Assembly (NCBI GenBank): GCA_963735865.1
Contig: CAVTML010000002.1
Coordinates: 519,668-583,667, forward strand
Length of the DNA: 64,000 nucleotides
Origin: an uncultured Chloroflexia bacterium
GTDB lineage: Bacteria > Chloroflexota > Limnocylindria > Limnocylindrales > CSP1-4
Reading direction: 5' to 3'
Shown here: one piece after another, positions 9,766-18,984 of the stretch
Layout of the letters: each line of letters opens with the position of its first letter
Position numbering within the stretch: the stretch's first letter is position 1
The notes under the pieces: model-generated
The model's database searches: none
What the model was told of the DNA's origin: nothing
The model's input: the letters and a program-made list of their open reading frames with translations, nothing else
Program-made: the position numbers and the translations under genes

Positions 9766-10934
9766 GAGCGCGTGCTCGCCGACGTGCCGCGAGGCACGAT
9801 GACCTCCACCTGCGTCCCACCGCCAGGGCGGGGCGAGAAGGTCAGCGAACCCCCGATCCGTTCGGCCCGTCGTGTCATGTTGCGGACTCCTTGGTGTCCC
9901 AATGATGAGCCGGTGGCCTGGATGCCGACCCCGTCGTCGGCGACGACCAGGTGCAGCTCGCCCCCATCATCGCGCACCCGCAGCCATGCGCGTGCCGCGT
10001 GGGCATGGCGGGCCACGTTACTGAGGGCCTCGCTGGCGATGGCGAGCAGGTCGCCGGTGACCGTCGGGGCCGGCTCAGCCACCGGCTGCGGCGGGACCTC
10101 GACCACGACGTCGAGGAGGGTGTCGTGCCGCGAATTGTCGGCCAGGGCGGCCAGACCGGCGAGGAGGCCCGCCCCCTCCAGGAGACCCGGTTCCAGGGTG
10201 TAGATGAAGTTGCGCACGTCGGCGATGGCCAGGTGCAGGGAGTCGATGGACCGCTCGATCATGGCCTCCGCCTCGGGGTCGGCCACCCGCGAGGCGACAT
10301 CCTCCAGGTGGAGGCTGATGGCGTAGAGGTTCTGGATCAGCCCGTCGTGCAGGTCGCCGCTGATCCGCTCACGCTCGGCGACCACCGCCAGCTGGTTCAC
10401 CTGGGCCACCAGGCGGGCGTTCTCGAGGGCGACCCCGGCGTGCAGGGCGAAGGCCTCGACGAGGCGCCGGTCGTCGTCGGTGAAATGGCCGCCCCGTTTG
10501 TCCGTGAGATACAGGTTGCCGACCGGACGCCCCTTGACGGCGACCGGCACGCCCAGGAAGTCGTGCATCGGCGGGTGGTGGGGGGGGAACCCGGAGCGGC
10601 GCGGATCCCGGCTGATGTCGTCGACCACGATCGAGCGCCCCTCCTGGATGATCAGCCCCAGCAGGCCGTGGCCCTCGGGCAGGTCGCCGATGCGGGCCCG
10701 CGTGGCAGCGTCCAGGCCGCTGGTGATGAAGCGCTCCAGGCGCCCGTTCGCGCCGACGATGCCGAGGGCCGCGAAGCGCGCGTCGACGAGCGTGCGGGCC
10801 CGGTCCGCGATGAGCTGGAGGGTCGTCTCCGGCGCCTCCTGCACCGCCATGGCCTGGGCCGCCTCGAGCAGCCCTTGGAGCGCCTCGAGCGCCTGCTGCG
10901 GCGAGACGGCAGGGACCGTCACGGTCGGCTTCAC
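9762..10934 (-). CDS. GAF-domain sensor histidine kinase (HisKA_3 type)
   Basis: An N-terminal GAF-like region is followed by the ERERISGDLHDGLIQNLY H-box and then HATPase motifs (NVARHAHA, DDGVGI, GHQGVRNM). Confidence 0.9.
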   Translation of the reverse strand: MKPTVTVPAVSPQQALEALQGLLEAAQAMAVQEAPETTLQLIADRARTLVDARFAALGIVGANGRLERFITSGLDAATRARIGDLPEGHGLLGLIIQEGRSIVVDDISRDPRRSGFPPHHPPMHDFLGVPVAVKGRPVGNLYLTDKRGGHFTDDDRRLVEAFALHAGVALENARLVAQVNQLAVVAERERISGDLHDGLIQNLYAISLHLEDVASRVADPEAEAMIERSIDSLHLAIADVRNFIYTLEPGLLEGAGLLAGLAALADNSRHDTLLDVVVEVPPQPVAEPAPTVTGDLLAIASEALSNVARHAHAARAWLRVRDDGGELHLVVADDGVGIQATGSSLGHQGVRNMTRRAERIGGSLTFSPRPGGGTQVEVIVPRGTSASTRS

Positions 10935-10987
10935 GCCGCCAGCCTAGCAGCCGTGGATGGTTCGGCCGTTGGCGGTATCGTGCAGGC

Positions 10988-11443
10988 ATGAGCGCCGTCG
11001 AACCGTTGCTGGCCGCCCTGGATGGGGCGGGGTACCAGCGGACCGAGCCGCGCCGGCTCGTGGCCACCATGGTGGCCCAGCACGACGGGCATTTCACGGC
11101 GCCCGAGCTGGTCCGCGAAAGCCGGCGCCGCGGCCTGCCGGTGGGCCGGGCGACCATCTTCCGCGCCCTCGAGGTGTTCCTTGACCTGGGCCTCGTGGAG
11201 CGCCTGGACCTGCCCGATGGTGAGCACGCGTACGTGCTGTGCGAGCCCACCCACCATCACCATGTCGTCTGCCAGCGCTGCGGGCGGACGGCCGAGGTTG
11301 ACGACGACCGCGGGCTGCGGGCGGTGGTCCAGGAGATCGAGCAGCGCACCGGATACGCCATCGACTCGCATCGGGTGGAGCTGTTCGGGACGTGCCCCAG
11401 CTGCCAGGCGCAGGAGGCTGGGCCGGGCCCCCGCGCCGACTAG
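10988..11443 (+). CDS. Fur-family metalloregulator
   Basis: 151 aa. RATIFRALEVFLDLGLV is a winged helix. HHHHVVCQRCG and CPSCQ are metal sites, as in Fur/Zur/PerR. Confidence 0.9.
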   Translation: MSAVEPLLAALDGAGYQRTEPRRLVATMVAQHDGHFTAPELVRESRRRGLPVGRATIFRALEVFLDLGLVERLDLPDGEHAYVLCEPTHHHHVVCQRCGRTAEVDDDRGLRAVVQEIEQRTGYAIDSHRVELFGTCPSCQAQEAGPGPRAD

Positions 11444-11450
11444 CGGCAGG

Positions 11451-11843
11451 CTAGCGGCCGTAGCGGGCCGACGGGCGAAGGCGCATCGCGCTCCACGTCG
11501 CGTTGAGCGAGATCAGGGCCACGCCGGTGAGGGCCGCCAGTCGCTCGGTCGCCGCGGTCAGCCCATCGCGGTCCAGGTCGGAGACGATGCCGCCGCCACG
11601 CTTGGGATAGGCCACCCACAGCATCCGGTCGCCGGCGGCGACGCGTGCCGCCTCCGGCAGATGCCGCTCCAGCGAGCCGAGGTCGGCGGCGAAGAGAAGG
11701 GTCACGTCCGGGGCTGGGTCCGCGAACGAGAACGAGGCGCCCGCGGGCAGGGGCCCGAGGAGCGCCTCGATGGTCGGTGGTGCCTGGATGACCAGTAGCC
11801 GCTGGCCGGGTCCGAGGCGGAGCTTGCGGGCGACGTCCGTCAT
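11451..11843 (-). CDS. Conserved hypothetical protein (DUF3052-like)
   Basis: Starts at an internal ATG (MTDVARKLRLGPGQRLLV..). The LWVAYPKRGGGIVSDL motif resembles DUF3052 proteins as I recall them. Confidence 0.5.
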   Translation of the reverse strand: MTDVARKLRLGPGQRLLVIQAPPTIEALLGPLPAGASFSFADPAPDVTLLFAADLGSLERHLPEAARVAAGDRMLWVAYPKRGGGIVSDLDRDGLTAATERLAALTGVALISLNATWSAMRLRPSARYGR

Positions 11844-11895
11844 CCCGCCATCGTAGCCACCACCGGAAGGGGCGACGGGTACGACGGAACGGCGA

Positions 11896-12411
11896 TCAGT
11901 AGCCGCCGTAGCCCGAGCCGGACGGGCTCGACGCCGGCCCGCCAACGGCCGGCGACGCGACGGTGAAGCCGTTCACGTTCTGGCCGGTCGTGTCGCCGGC
12001 CGCCTTGTCGTTCTTCCAGCCGTACAGGGGCATGCCGTTGAAGGTGACCTGGACGGTGCCATCGGCGCGCGTCAGCGTGCCCAGCGTGCCCGTGATCCCG
12101 GAGGCCAGGGCAGCGGTCTGGCCGGGGGCGACGGCGAGCGGGGGCCACGCGGTGGCGCAGGCGCCCGTGCAGGTGGAGTTGGAGGCGCTGTCACCGGCGT
12201 GGACGTACAGGGTCAGGCCGTTGGGCCCCACGAGGACCGAGCCCAGGGACGTGCTGGCCAAGCCGATGGTGACCGTCGCGCCGCCGGACGACGCCGCGGG
12301 GGTGCCCGTGGCGGCCGCGGTGGGCGGCGCACTCGTGGCGCCCGATGAGCACGCGGCGACCAGCGCCAGCGAGGCGATGAGGAGGCCGGCGAACCGGCGG
12401 GTGGTGAACAT
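11896..12411 (-). CDS. Lipoprotein with two COG4315/Lipoprotein_15-type repeats
   Basis: GGAGG SD sequence. Signal peptide plus lipobox LVAAC. Repeated G.xLY...D motifs (GLTLYVHAGD, GMPLYGWKND) with a CTGACATAWPP block. Confidence 0.75.
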   Translation of the reverse strand: MFTTRRFAGLLIASLALVAACSSGATSAPPTAAATGTPAASSGGATVTIGLASTSLGSVLVGPNGLTLYVHAGDSASNSTCTGACATAWPPLAVAPGQTAALASGITGTLGTLTRADGTVQVTFNGMPLYGWKNDKAAGDTTGQNVNGFTVASPAVGGPASSPSGSGYGGY

Positions 12412-12499
12412 CTTGTACCTCCGTCGAACACGGCCGATGTGGCGCGACCCGGTGTTCACGCTGTCCTACGCTGGCTGCGGCCTGTCGGTTTCCCTCGCC

Positions 12500-13465
12500 T
12501 CAGCCGTTGGCAGCCGGGCGCGCGAGGGTCGGCAGGACGGCCACCCACTTGCCGTCGCGGCTCGGGTAGTGGCCCTCCGGTCGGGTCCACGCGATGTAGT
12601 TGTGGATCATGCCGGCCATGTCGTAGAAGTGGCCGGGGGGTTGCACGTGACCCCAGATGGAGCTCACGCGCGGGTACCACGGGTCGACGATGTAGGCGCC
12701 CTTGAACTGGGCCTTGGTGTCCGCCGCCAGGTTCCCGGTGGCGCGGTAGCCGGTCATGACCCACGTGTGGGCACCCCACCACGCCAGCAGCAGGACGGGT
12801 TCGTGCGTCGCCGACAAGGCGATGCCGGCGGCCCGCAGGGCCTGGTCACGCGTCGTGAACGCCTTGACGACGTAGCCGGGCGCCCCGTAGTAGGCCAGGG
12901 CCTTGGTCATGGCCAGCGGGCCCCAGCCGAAGTTGTGCGAGTCGTCGTAGGACCACCACTGCTTGATGTGGCTTTCGATCTGCCGCTGCACCGCGTCGCT
13001 GGCCTTGACCAGGCCCATCGTGGCGAGGGCGCTGGTGAGGCCGGCGGGGGCGCACAGCTCCTTGGTCAGCTGGCTGTCGAAGACGGCCGCGCCGTCGGGC
13101 GCCAGGTTGATGTCGACCGGCCCGGCCGCGATGGTCGGGGCGGGGCTGGTGGTCGGCGTCGGGCTCGAGGTCGGCCACAGGCTGGCCGCCGGTGAAGCGG
13201 TCGGCGCCGGCGAGGGCGAGGGGCTGACCAGGCCGACGGCCGGCACCGTCGCCGTGGCGCGTGCCGGCGCGCCGCTCATGCCCCGCACGGCGGTGCCGAC
13301 CAGCGCCCCCGCGATCAGGGCGAGGGCGAGGACGAAGGCCAGGCCGACCGTCCGCAGGCGGGCCTGGCCGCTGCCCATGGGGGCTCGCGCGACCGGCCCG
13401 CGCAGGTCGACCTGCGCGGCCTGGGAGGTGCCTGGATCGACCGGTTCGGACATCACCACCGCCAT
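12500..13465 (-). CDS. Membrane-anchored protein with a C39-like (papain-fold) peptidase-like domain
   Basis: One N-terminal TM helix and a Pro/Ser/Thr/Ala linker. LCAPAGLTSALATMGL resembles the CGP..LAM nucleophile motif, and GAHTWVMTGY resembles the catalytic His motif. Assigned by eye only. Confidence 0.5.
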   Translation of the reverse strand: MAVVMSEPVDPGTSQAAQVDLRGPVARAPMGSGQARLRTVGLAFVLALALIAGALVGTAVRGMSGAPARATATVPAVGLVSPSPSPAPTASPAASLWPTSSPTPTTSPAPTIAAGPVDINLAPDGAAVFDSQLTKELCAPAGLTSALATMGLVKASDAVQRQIESHIKQWWSYDDSHNFGWGPLAMTKALAYYGAPGYVVKAFTTRDQALRAAGIALSATHEPVLLLAWWGAHTWVMTGYRATGNLAADTKAQFKGAYIVDPWYPRVSSIWGHVQPPGHFYDMAGMIHNYIAWTRPEGHYPSRDGKWVAVLPTLARPAANG

Positions 13466-13629
13466 GCACGCGACGCGCCGGCGGTGAGTCTACGCCGCGT
13501 CGCGCTCAGCGCCGGTTGCCACCGCCGTTGGAGCAGGCAGCCGTGGCGGATCGCGTGCTTGACGGTGATCGGTCGGCCGGTATGCTGTCGCGCACGGGCG
13601 GGGGCGGAGGGTTCGAGCGTGAGGGCCGC

Positions 13630-14568
13630 ATGCGGATCTTCTTCGTCACGGACGTCCACGGATCGGATGTCTGCTGGCGCAAGTTCCTGAATGCCGGCGC
13701 GTTCCACAAGGCCGATGTCCTGATCATGGGCGGCGACATGACGGGCAAGGCCATGGTGCCCATCGTGGCCACGCCCACCGGGTGGGAGGTCACCCTCCAG
13801 GACCAGCGCCACGAGCTGACCACCGAGGACGAGGTGCGCGCCATGGAGCGCCGCATCTCCGATCGCGGCTACTACCCGGTGCGCCTCTCGCGGGACGAGG
13901 TGGACGCCTGGGCGGCCGATCCCGAGCTGGTCGACCGGCGCTTCAAGACGGAGATCGTCAATGGCGTCGAGCGCTGGATGGGCATGGCCGACGACAAGCT
14001 GGGGCCCACGGCCATCCGCTGCGTCGTCTCGCCGGCCAACGACGACATGTTCGAGATCGACCCGGTCATCGAGCGCACGGCCTCGGTCATGCTGGGGGAG
14101 GGCAACACCATCGCCCTCGACGGCTTCGACCTGATCTCCACCGGGTGGGCCAATCCGACGCCGTGGAATACCTTCCGCGAGCTGCCGGAAGACCAGCTGG
14201 CCGACCGGATCGACGGGCTCGTGCAGGCGGTGCGCGACCCCCACCGCGCCATCTTCAACTTCCACGCCCCGCCGTACGGCTCGAACCTGGACGGGGCGCC
14301 CAAGCTGACGCCCGACATGAAGTACGTGGCGGGCGGCCAGGCCATCGTGCCGGTCGGTTCGCACGCGGTGCGCTCGGCCATCCTCAAGTACGAGCCGGTG
14401 CTGTCGCTCCACGGCCACATCCACGAGGGCCGCGGCGCGGTGAAGCTGGGTCGCACGCTCGCCGTCAACCCAGGCAGCGCGTACGAGGACGGGGTGCTGC
14501 AGGCGGCCATCGTCGACCTCGACAGTCAGAAGGGAGCGGTCAAGCGATACGTCCTGATCAACGGTTGA
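13630..14568 (+). CDS. Metallophosphoesterase
   Basis: Starts at an internal ATG. MRIFFVTDVHGSD, MGGDMTGK and SLHGHIHEG are calcineurin-like phosphoesterase metal motifs. Confidence 0.8.
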   Translation: MRIFFVTDVHGSDVCWRKFLNAGAFHKADVLIMGGDMTGKAMVPIVATPTGWEVTLQDQRHELTTEDEVRAMERRISDRGYYPVRLSRDEVDAWAADPELVDRRFKTEIVNGVERWMGMADDKLGPTAIRCVVSPANDDMFEIDPVIERTASVMLGEGNTIALDGFDLISTGWANPTPWNTFRELPEDQLADRIDGLVQAVRDPHRAIFNFHAPPYGSNLDGAPKLTPDMKYVAGGQAIVPVGSHAVRSAILKYEPVLSLHGHIHEGRGAVKLGRTLAVNPGSAYEDGVLQAAIVDLDSQKGAVKRYVLING

Positions 14569-14595
14569 CGTAACGGGTCGAGAGAGGAGAGCAGT

Positions 14596-16347
14596 GTGGC
14601 TTCCGTGAGTCAGGCCCCGTCGCTGTTCCTGCGCAACGCGACGGGTCTCGTCAAGGGTTGGTCCGGCTTCGACGCGTTCACCTACTCCTTCATGTCGGTG
14701 AACCTCGTCACGCTGGGCATGTACTTCAGCTTCCTGTACGTTTCGTCCGCCGCCGACGGGTCGATGCTGTCGTCCATCGTCATATCGGGCATCGCCGTCA
14801 CGTTCCTGTGCGTGGCGTACGCCGGCCTGATCGCTGTGATGCCGCGAGCGGGCGGCGACTACGTGTGGCAGAGCCGCGTGCTGGACGGCATCCCGGGGAT
14901 CGTCGCCGGGGCTGTCATGGTCGGCGTGGGCGGCTTTCTGGTCGGCACGGCCATCGGCGGCGACACGCTCGGCATCATCGGCGGGGTCGTCGGCGTGATC
15001 GGTGGCGGTGCCCTCGGCTACATCAAGGGCGGCCTCGCCTTCGTCCTGGCAGCCACCGGCTGGTGGTTCATCCTCGCCCAGTGGGCGCCCATCTATGGCT
15101 CGATCCTGCGCGTCGAGTTCCTGCAGCCGCTCGCCGCGTTGCTGGGCTCGACCGATGGCGTGACCTTCTTCTCGAGCGCCAATGGCAACTTCGTCACCTC
15201 GCTCATCGTCATCGTATTGACGACAGGCCTGGTGTCCCTTGGCATGGCGGGCTACGCGCGGATCCAGAAGTGGAGCCTGTACGTCGGGCTCCTCGGCCTC
15301 GCGGTGATGTTCGTCCTGATGCTGGTTTCGTCGCAGGCCGATTTCCAGACTGCCTTCGACAAGGCGTCGTCCAGCCTCTTCGGTGTCTCCGGCGCCTACA
15401 ACGCGATCGTCACCGCCGGCGCGGGTGCCAACACCGACCTTGCTCCCTTCGGCATCGGGTCGGGCACCTTCGTGTTGATCCCGTTCATGATGTTCTGGAT
15501 CCTCTACCCCAACTGGGGTGCGACGCTCTACGGTGAGGTCCGTGGCTCGTCCGATTTCAAGCGCGTCCTGCGGGGCATGCTGGCCGGCACCTGGGTCACC
15601 GTCGTGCTGGCGATCGCATTCCTCGCCCTCGCCGCCAAGACCTTTGGATGGGCTTTCTTCAGCTCGACCGGTGCCCAGGTCTACGCGAGCACCCCGGTCA
15701 TCCCGATCTGGGGCTATCCGCCGCTCCTGGTGTCCTTCCTGATCGACAACCGGATCTTCCAGATCGGGATGGTCATCGTCTTCGGGGCGTGGTTCCTGGG
15801 TTGGTCCGGGACCCTCTTCCTGTCCTCGACACGGATGATCTTCGCAGCGGCCTTCGACCGGGTCCTGCCGGAAGCGGCCGCACGCGTCTCCGACGAGCGG
15901 CATGTCCCGTGGGTCGCCCTGCTCCTGATCATGGTCCCGTCGGTCGTCGTCAGTGCGGTCTACGCCTACTGGGCGCCGTTCGCCACATACACCCTGGATG
16001 CGTCACTGGTCATCGCTGTGATGTTCTTCGGCACCGCGATCGCGGCGACGATCCTGCCGTGGTGGAAGCCCAACCTGTACCAGAACTCGCCCATCGCGCG
16101 GTACAGCATCCTCGGCGTGCCCCTCATCAGCATCGGAGGGGCGGTAACGGTGGTCGTCCTCGGATGGGTGATCTACGAGTGGCTCGCCGTCTCGACCTAC
16201 GGCATCGGTGTGGGGACACCAGGCTCGATCATCTACCTGGGCATCCTCTACGGGATCGCCATCGTCATGTACGTCGTGGCCTATCTGTATCGCCGGAGCC
16301 AGGGCGTGAACCTCGATGCGATCCACGCGGAGATCCCGGCCGAGTAG
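14596..16347 (+). CDS. APC-superfamily amino acid/polyamine permease
   Basis: 583 aa with about 12 or more TM segments. GTG start with a GAGGAG SD sequence. The composition and layout are typical of APC transporters. Confidence 0.82.
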   Translation: MASVSQAPSLFLRNATGLVKGWSGFDAFTYSFMSVNLVTLGMYFSFLYVSSAADGSMLSSIVISGIAVTFLCVAYAGLIAVMPRAGGDYVWQSRVLDGIPGIVAGAVMVGVGGFLVGTAIGGDTLGIIGGVVGVIGGGALGYIKGGLAFVLAATGWWFILAQWAPIYGSILRVEFLQPLAALLGSTDGVTFFSSANGNFVTSLIVIVLTTGLVSLGMAGYARIQKWSLYVGLLGLAVMFVLMLVSSQADFQTAFDKASSSLFGVSGAYNAIVTAGAGANTDLAPFGIGSGTFVLIPFMMFWILYPNWGATLYGEVRGSSDFKRVLRGMLAGTWVTVVLAIAFLALAAKTFGWAFFSSTGAQVYASTPVIPIWGYPPLLVSFLIDNRIFQIGMVIVFGAWFLGWSGTLFLSSTRMIFAAAFDRVLPEAAARVSDERHVPWVALLLIMVPSVVVSAVYAYWAPFATYTLDASLVIAVMFFGTAIAATILPWWKPNLYQNSPIARYSILGVPLISIGGAVTVVVLGWVIYEWLAVSTYGIGVGTPGSIIYLGILYGIAIVMYVVAYLYRRSQGVNLDAIHAEIPAE

Positions 16348-16467
16348 TCGCGCTCCGCGATCGAACGCCTGCGCTGGCCGCCGGGGCCGGCGCAGGCCCC
16401 GCCTGCAGCCTCATGCCGCCGCTCGTTCGTAACCCGTCCGTAATGGACGGGCGACAAGACTGCGGCC

Positions 16468-18543
16468 ATGAACGCCAACGACTACACCCCGTCCGTCGGG
16501 GCCGGCGCTGCCCTGGCGCAGCCGCCGGCCGTCCTCGCCTGGTTGCGGCAGGTCGCGCGCGGCCGCACCGCGGATCCGTTCTGGGCCCGCCCGGCGTTGG
16601 CCGGCTCGGCGTTGCTGGCGGCCGCCCTATACCTCATCAACCTGACGGTCAGCGGGTACGCCAACACCTACTACGCGGCAGCGGCCCTTGCGGCCTCGAA
16701 GAGCTGGTCGGCCTGGTTCTTCGGTTCGTTCGACGCCGCCAACTTCATCACCATCGACAAGCCGCCCCTGGCTCTGTGGGTCATCGGCCTGTCGGTGCGG
16801 GTGTTCGGGCTGAGCTCGTGGAGCGTGCTGCTGCCACAGGCGCTGGCCGGCGTGGCCACCGTGGTCCTGCTGTGGCTGACGGTCCGTCGGAGCTTCGGGC
16901 CCGCCGCGGCCACCATCGCCGCCGTCGTCATGGCCCTCACGCCGGCGGCCGTCCTGATCTTCCGCTTCGACAACCCGGATGCCGTGCTGACCCTGCTCCT
17001 CGTCGCAGCCGCTTACGCCTTCGTGCGCGGCCTCGAGGGCGGCCGCATCCGTTGGCTGGCCCTGGCGGGTGTCCTGGTAGGCTCGGCCTTCCTCACCAAG
17101 TACCTCCAGGCGTACCTCGTGCTCCCGGCGTTCGCCGTGACGTATGCGATCGCCGGCCACGGCAGCCTGCGCCGCAGGCTGGTCGCGCTGCTGGTGAGCG
17201 CCGTGGCGGTGCTGCTGGCCAGCGGCTGGTGGGTCGCCATCGTGCAGGCCATCCCGGCGGTGGATCGGCCGTACATCGGCGGCAGCACCACCAACTCCGT
17301 GCTGGATCTCATCTTCGGCTACGACGGGCTGGGCCGGATCTTCGGTGGCTCGGGCAACCCGGGCGGCACGGGCGGCGCCGGTGGTGGTGGCGGCGGCTTC
17401 TCCGGCACGCCGGGCCTGCTGCGCCTGTTCAATACCGAGCTGGGCGGCCAGATCAGCTGGTTCGTGCCGTCCGCCGTGGTGGGGCTCGTCAGCGGCGTGA
17501 TCCTGCGTGGCCGGGCGGCGCGGACCGACCTGCGGCGCGCCGGCTACCTCATGTGGGGCGGCTGGTTCCTGGTCACGGCGGCGGTCTTCAGCCTCATGTC
17601 GGGGATCATCCATTCCTACTACGCGGTCGCCCTGGCGCCGGCGATCGCGGCCTTGGTCGGGGCCGGGCTGGTCGACCTGTGGGCCCTGCGCAGCCGCCGC
17701 TGGATCGGCGGCGCGGTCCTGGCGGGTTCACTGGTCGTCACGGCCTGGCTGGCCGTCCAGCTCCTGGGCCGCTCGCCGGACTTCGTGCCGGGCGTTGATG
17801 TCGTGATCCTGGCCGTGGCGCTGCTGGTGGCCTTCATCGTCACCCTGCCGCGCCGTGCCCACCTGGATCGTCTCACCCTGGCCGCCCTCGGCATCGGGCT
17901 GGCGGCGCTCCTCGTCGGCCCGGCGGCGTACGCCATCGAGACCATGAACACGGCCTATTCGGGTGGCGACCCGAGCGCCGGCCCGGCCGTGACGGCCGCG
18001 ACCGACAGCACCCCCGGTGGGTTCGGTGGCGGCCAGCCGAGCGGCGGCGGCCAGGCGCTGCCCGGCAGCGGCGGTCAGGCGGGCGGACCGCCGGCCGGCG
18101 GCTTCGGCGGAGCCCCCAGCGGCACGGCCGGCGGCCCAGGTCTCGGAGCCGGCGAAGCGGGCGGCGGGGCCGCGGACTCGACGCTGGTCGACTACCTGGT
18201 GGCCGATCGTGGGTCGGCCACCTGGATCGTGGCCGTGGACTCGTCGATGAACGCCGGCTCGATCGAGCTCGCATCGGGCGAGCCGGTCATGGCCATGGGC
18301 GGCTTCAACGGCGGCGACCCGGCACCGACCCTGGCCCAGTTCAAGGCGCTCGTCGCCTCCGGCCAGGTGCGGTTCTTGCTCGTCGACGGCAGCGGTGGCA
18401 GCGGTGGCCCGGGCGGCACGAGTGACTCCTCGATCAGCGCCATCGACACATGGGCAACGTCGGTCGGGACCGTGGTGGACACGGGCAGCTCGGCCGGCGG
18501 GACGCTCTACGACCTGTCGGGGGCCAGCACGAGCGGGTCGTGA
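16468..18543 (+). CDS. GT39/ArnT-like glycosyltransferase (PMT-type) with a Gly-rich C-terminal region
   Basis: The N-terminus YANTYYAAAALAASKSWSAWFFGSFDAANFITIDKPPLALW is typical of actinobacterial family 39 glycosyltransferases. Many TM helices are followed by an extracytoplasmic C-terminal domain. Confidence 0.85.
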   Translation: MNANDYTPSVGAGAALAQPPAVLAWLRQVARGRTADPFWARPALAGSALLAAALYLINLTVSGYANTYYAAAALAASKSWSAWFFGSFDAANFITIDKPPLALWVIGLSVRVFGLSSWSVLLPQALAGVATVVLLWLTVRRSFGPAAATIAAVVMALTPAAVLIFRFDNPDAVLTLLLVAAAYAFVRGLEGGRIRWLALAGVLVGSAFLTKYLQAYLVLPAFAVTYAIAGHGSLRRRLVALLVSAVAVLLASGWWVAIVQAIPAVDRPYIGGSTTNSVLDLIFGYDGLGRIFGGSGNPGGTGGAGGGGGGFSGTPGLLRLFNTELGGQISWFVPSAVVGLVSGVILRGRAARTDLRRAGYLMWGGWFLVTAAVFSLMSGIIHSYYAVALAPAIAALVGAGLVDLWALRSRRWIGGAVLAGSLVVTAWLAVQLLGRSPDFVPGVDVVILAVALLVAFIVTLPRRAHLDRLTLAALGIGLAALLVGPAAYAIETMNTAYSGGDPSAGPAVTAATDSTPGGFGGGQPSGGGQALPGSGGQAGGPPAGGFGGAPSGTAGGPGLGAGEAGGGAADSTLVDYLVADRGSATWIVAVDSSMNAGSIELASGEPVMAMGGFNGGDPAPTLAQFKALVASGQVRFLLVDGSGGSGGPGGTSDSSISAIDTWATSVGTVVDTGSSAGGTLYDLSGASTSGS

Positions 18544-18634
18544 GCGGCCCGCGACGAACATCCGTAGCCGAGGTGAGGCCTATGCCGATCACTCGGGGGA
18601 ACCATCCAGCACTTGCGACCCAAGGAGTCGAAGC

Positions 18635-18913
18635 TTGAACCCTGATCTCGAACCTCAGGCCCCGGAGGTGGGGCCCCCGCCCGTCGGACGGCGCGTCGCG
18701 TCGATCCCGACCCGCATCGGGGCGACCGTCCTGCTGGCGGTCAGCCTCCTCGCCGTGGGTGGCGTGGCGGTGGTCAACGCGGCCTCGCCGTCCGCCTCCG
18801 GGGCGCCATCCGCTTCCGGAGCACCGGCGCCGTCCGGTGCCCCGGGTCACGGTGGGGCGATGCCGGGCGGGTGCCCGGGCATGTCGTCGGGCACCGCCGG
18901 GACATCCGGCTAG
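18635..18913 (+). CDS. Small secreted Ser/Ala/Pro/Gly-rich protein
   Basis: TTG start 7 nt after AAGGAG. The signal-like segment is RIGATVLLAVSLLAVGGVAVVNA. The low-complexity tail is ASPSASGAPSASGAPAPSGAPGHGGAMPGGCPGMSSG. Coding status is uncertain. Confidence 0.4.
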   Translation: MNPDLEPQAPEVGPPPVGRRVASIPTRIGATVLLAVSLLAVGGVAVVNAASPSASGAPSASGAPAPSGAPGHGGAMPGGCPGMSSGTAGTSG

Positions 18914-18926
18914 GACCCGGGAATCG

Positions 18927-18963
18927 GAAGAGCGCCTCCCGCGTGGGAGGCGCTCTTCGTTCT
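18927..18963. terminator. Bidirectional intrinsic-terminator-like hairpin
   Basis: GAAGAGCGCCTCCC-GCGT-GGGAGGCGCTCTTC forms a perfect 14-bp stem between convergent genes. The T-tract (GTTCT) is weak. Confidence 0.6.
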
Positions 18964-18984
18964 AGCTACGGTTCGTCGGCCGTG

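Noticed and set aside
13453-15903. 816-aa minus-strand ORF, the longest in the window
   Set aside because: It lies antisense to the metallophosphoesterase and APC permease genes. Its product is Arg/Asp/Glu/Gly/His-rich with no motif. This is the usual shadow ORF of GC-rich DNA. The same reasoning applies to 1294..2406(-), 46903..48471(-), 60679..62382(-), 19028..19990(-) and 7546..8532(-).
17330-18180. Runs of GGC/GGT codons that look like tandem DNA repeats
   Set aside because: They are in frame inside the GT39 gene and encode Gly-rich low-complexity linkers. There is no regular repeat-spacer periodicity, so this is not a CRISPR or VNTR-like array.
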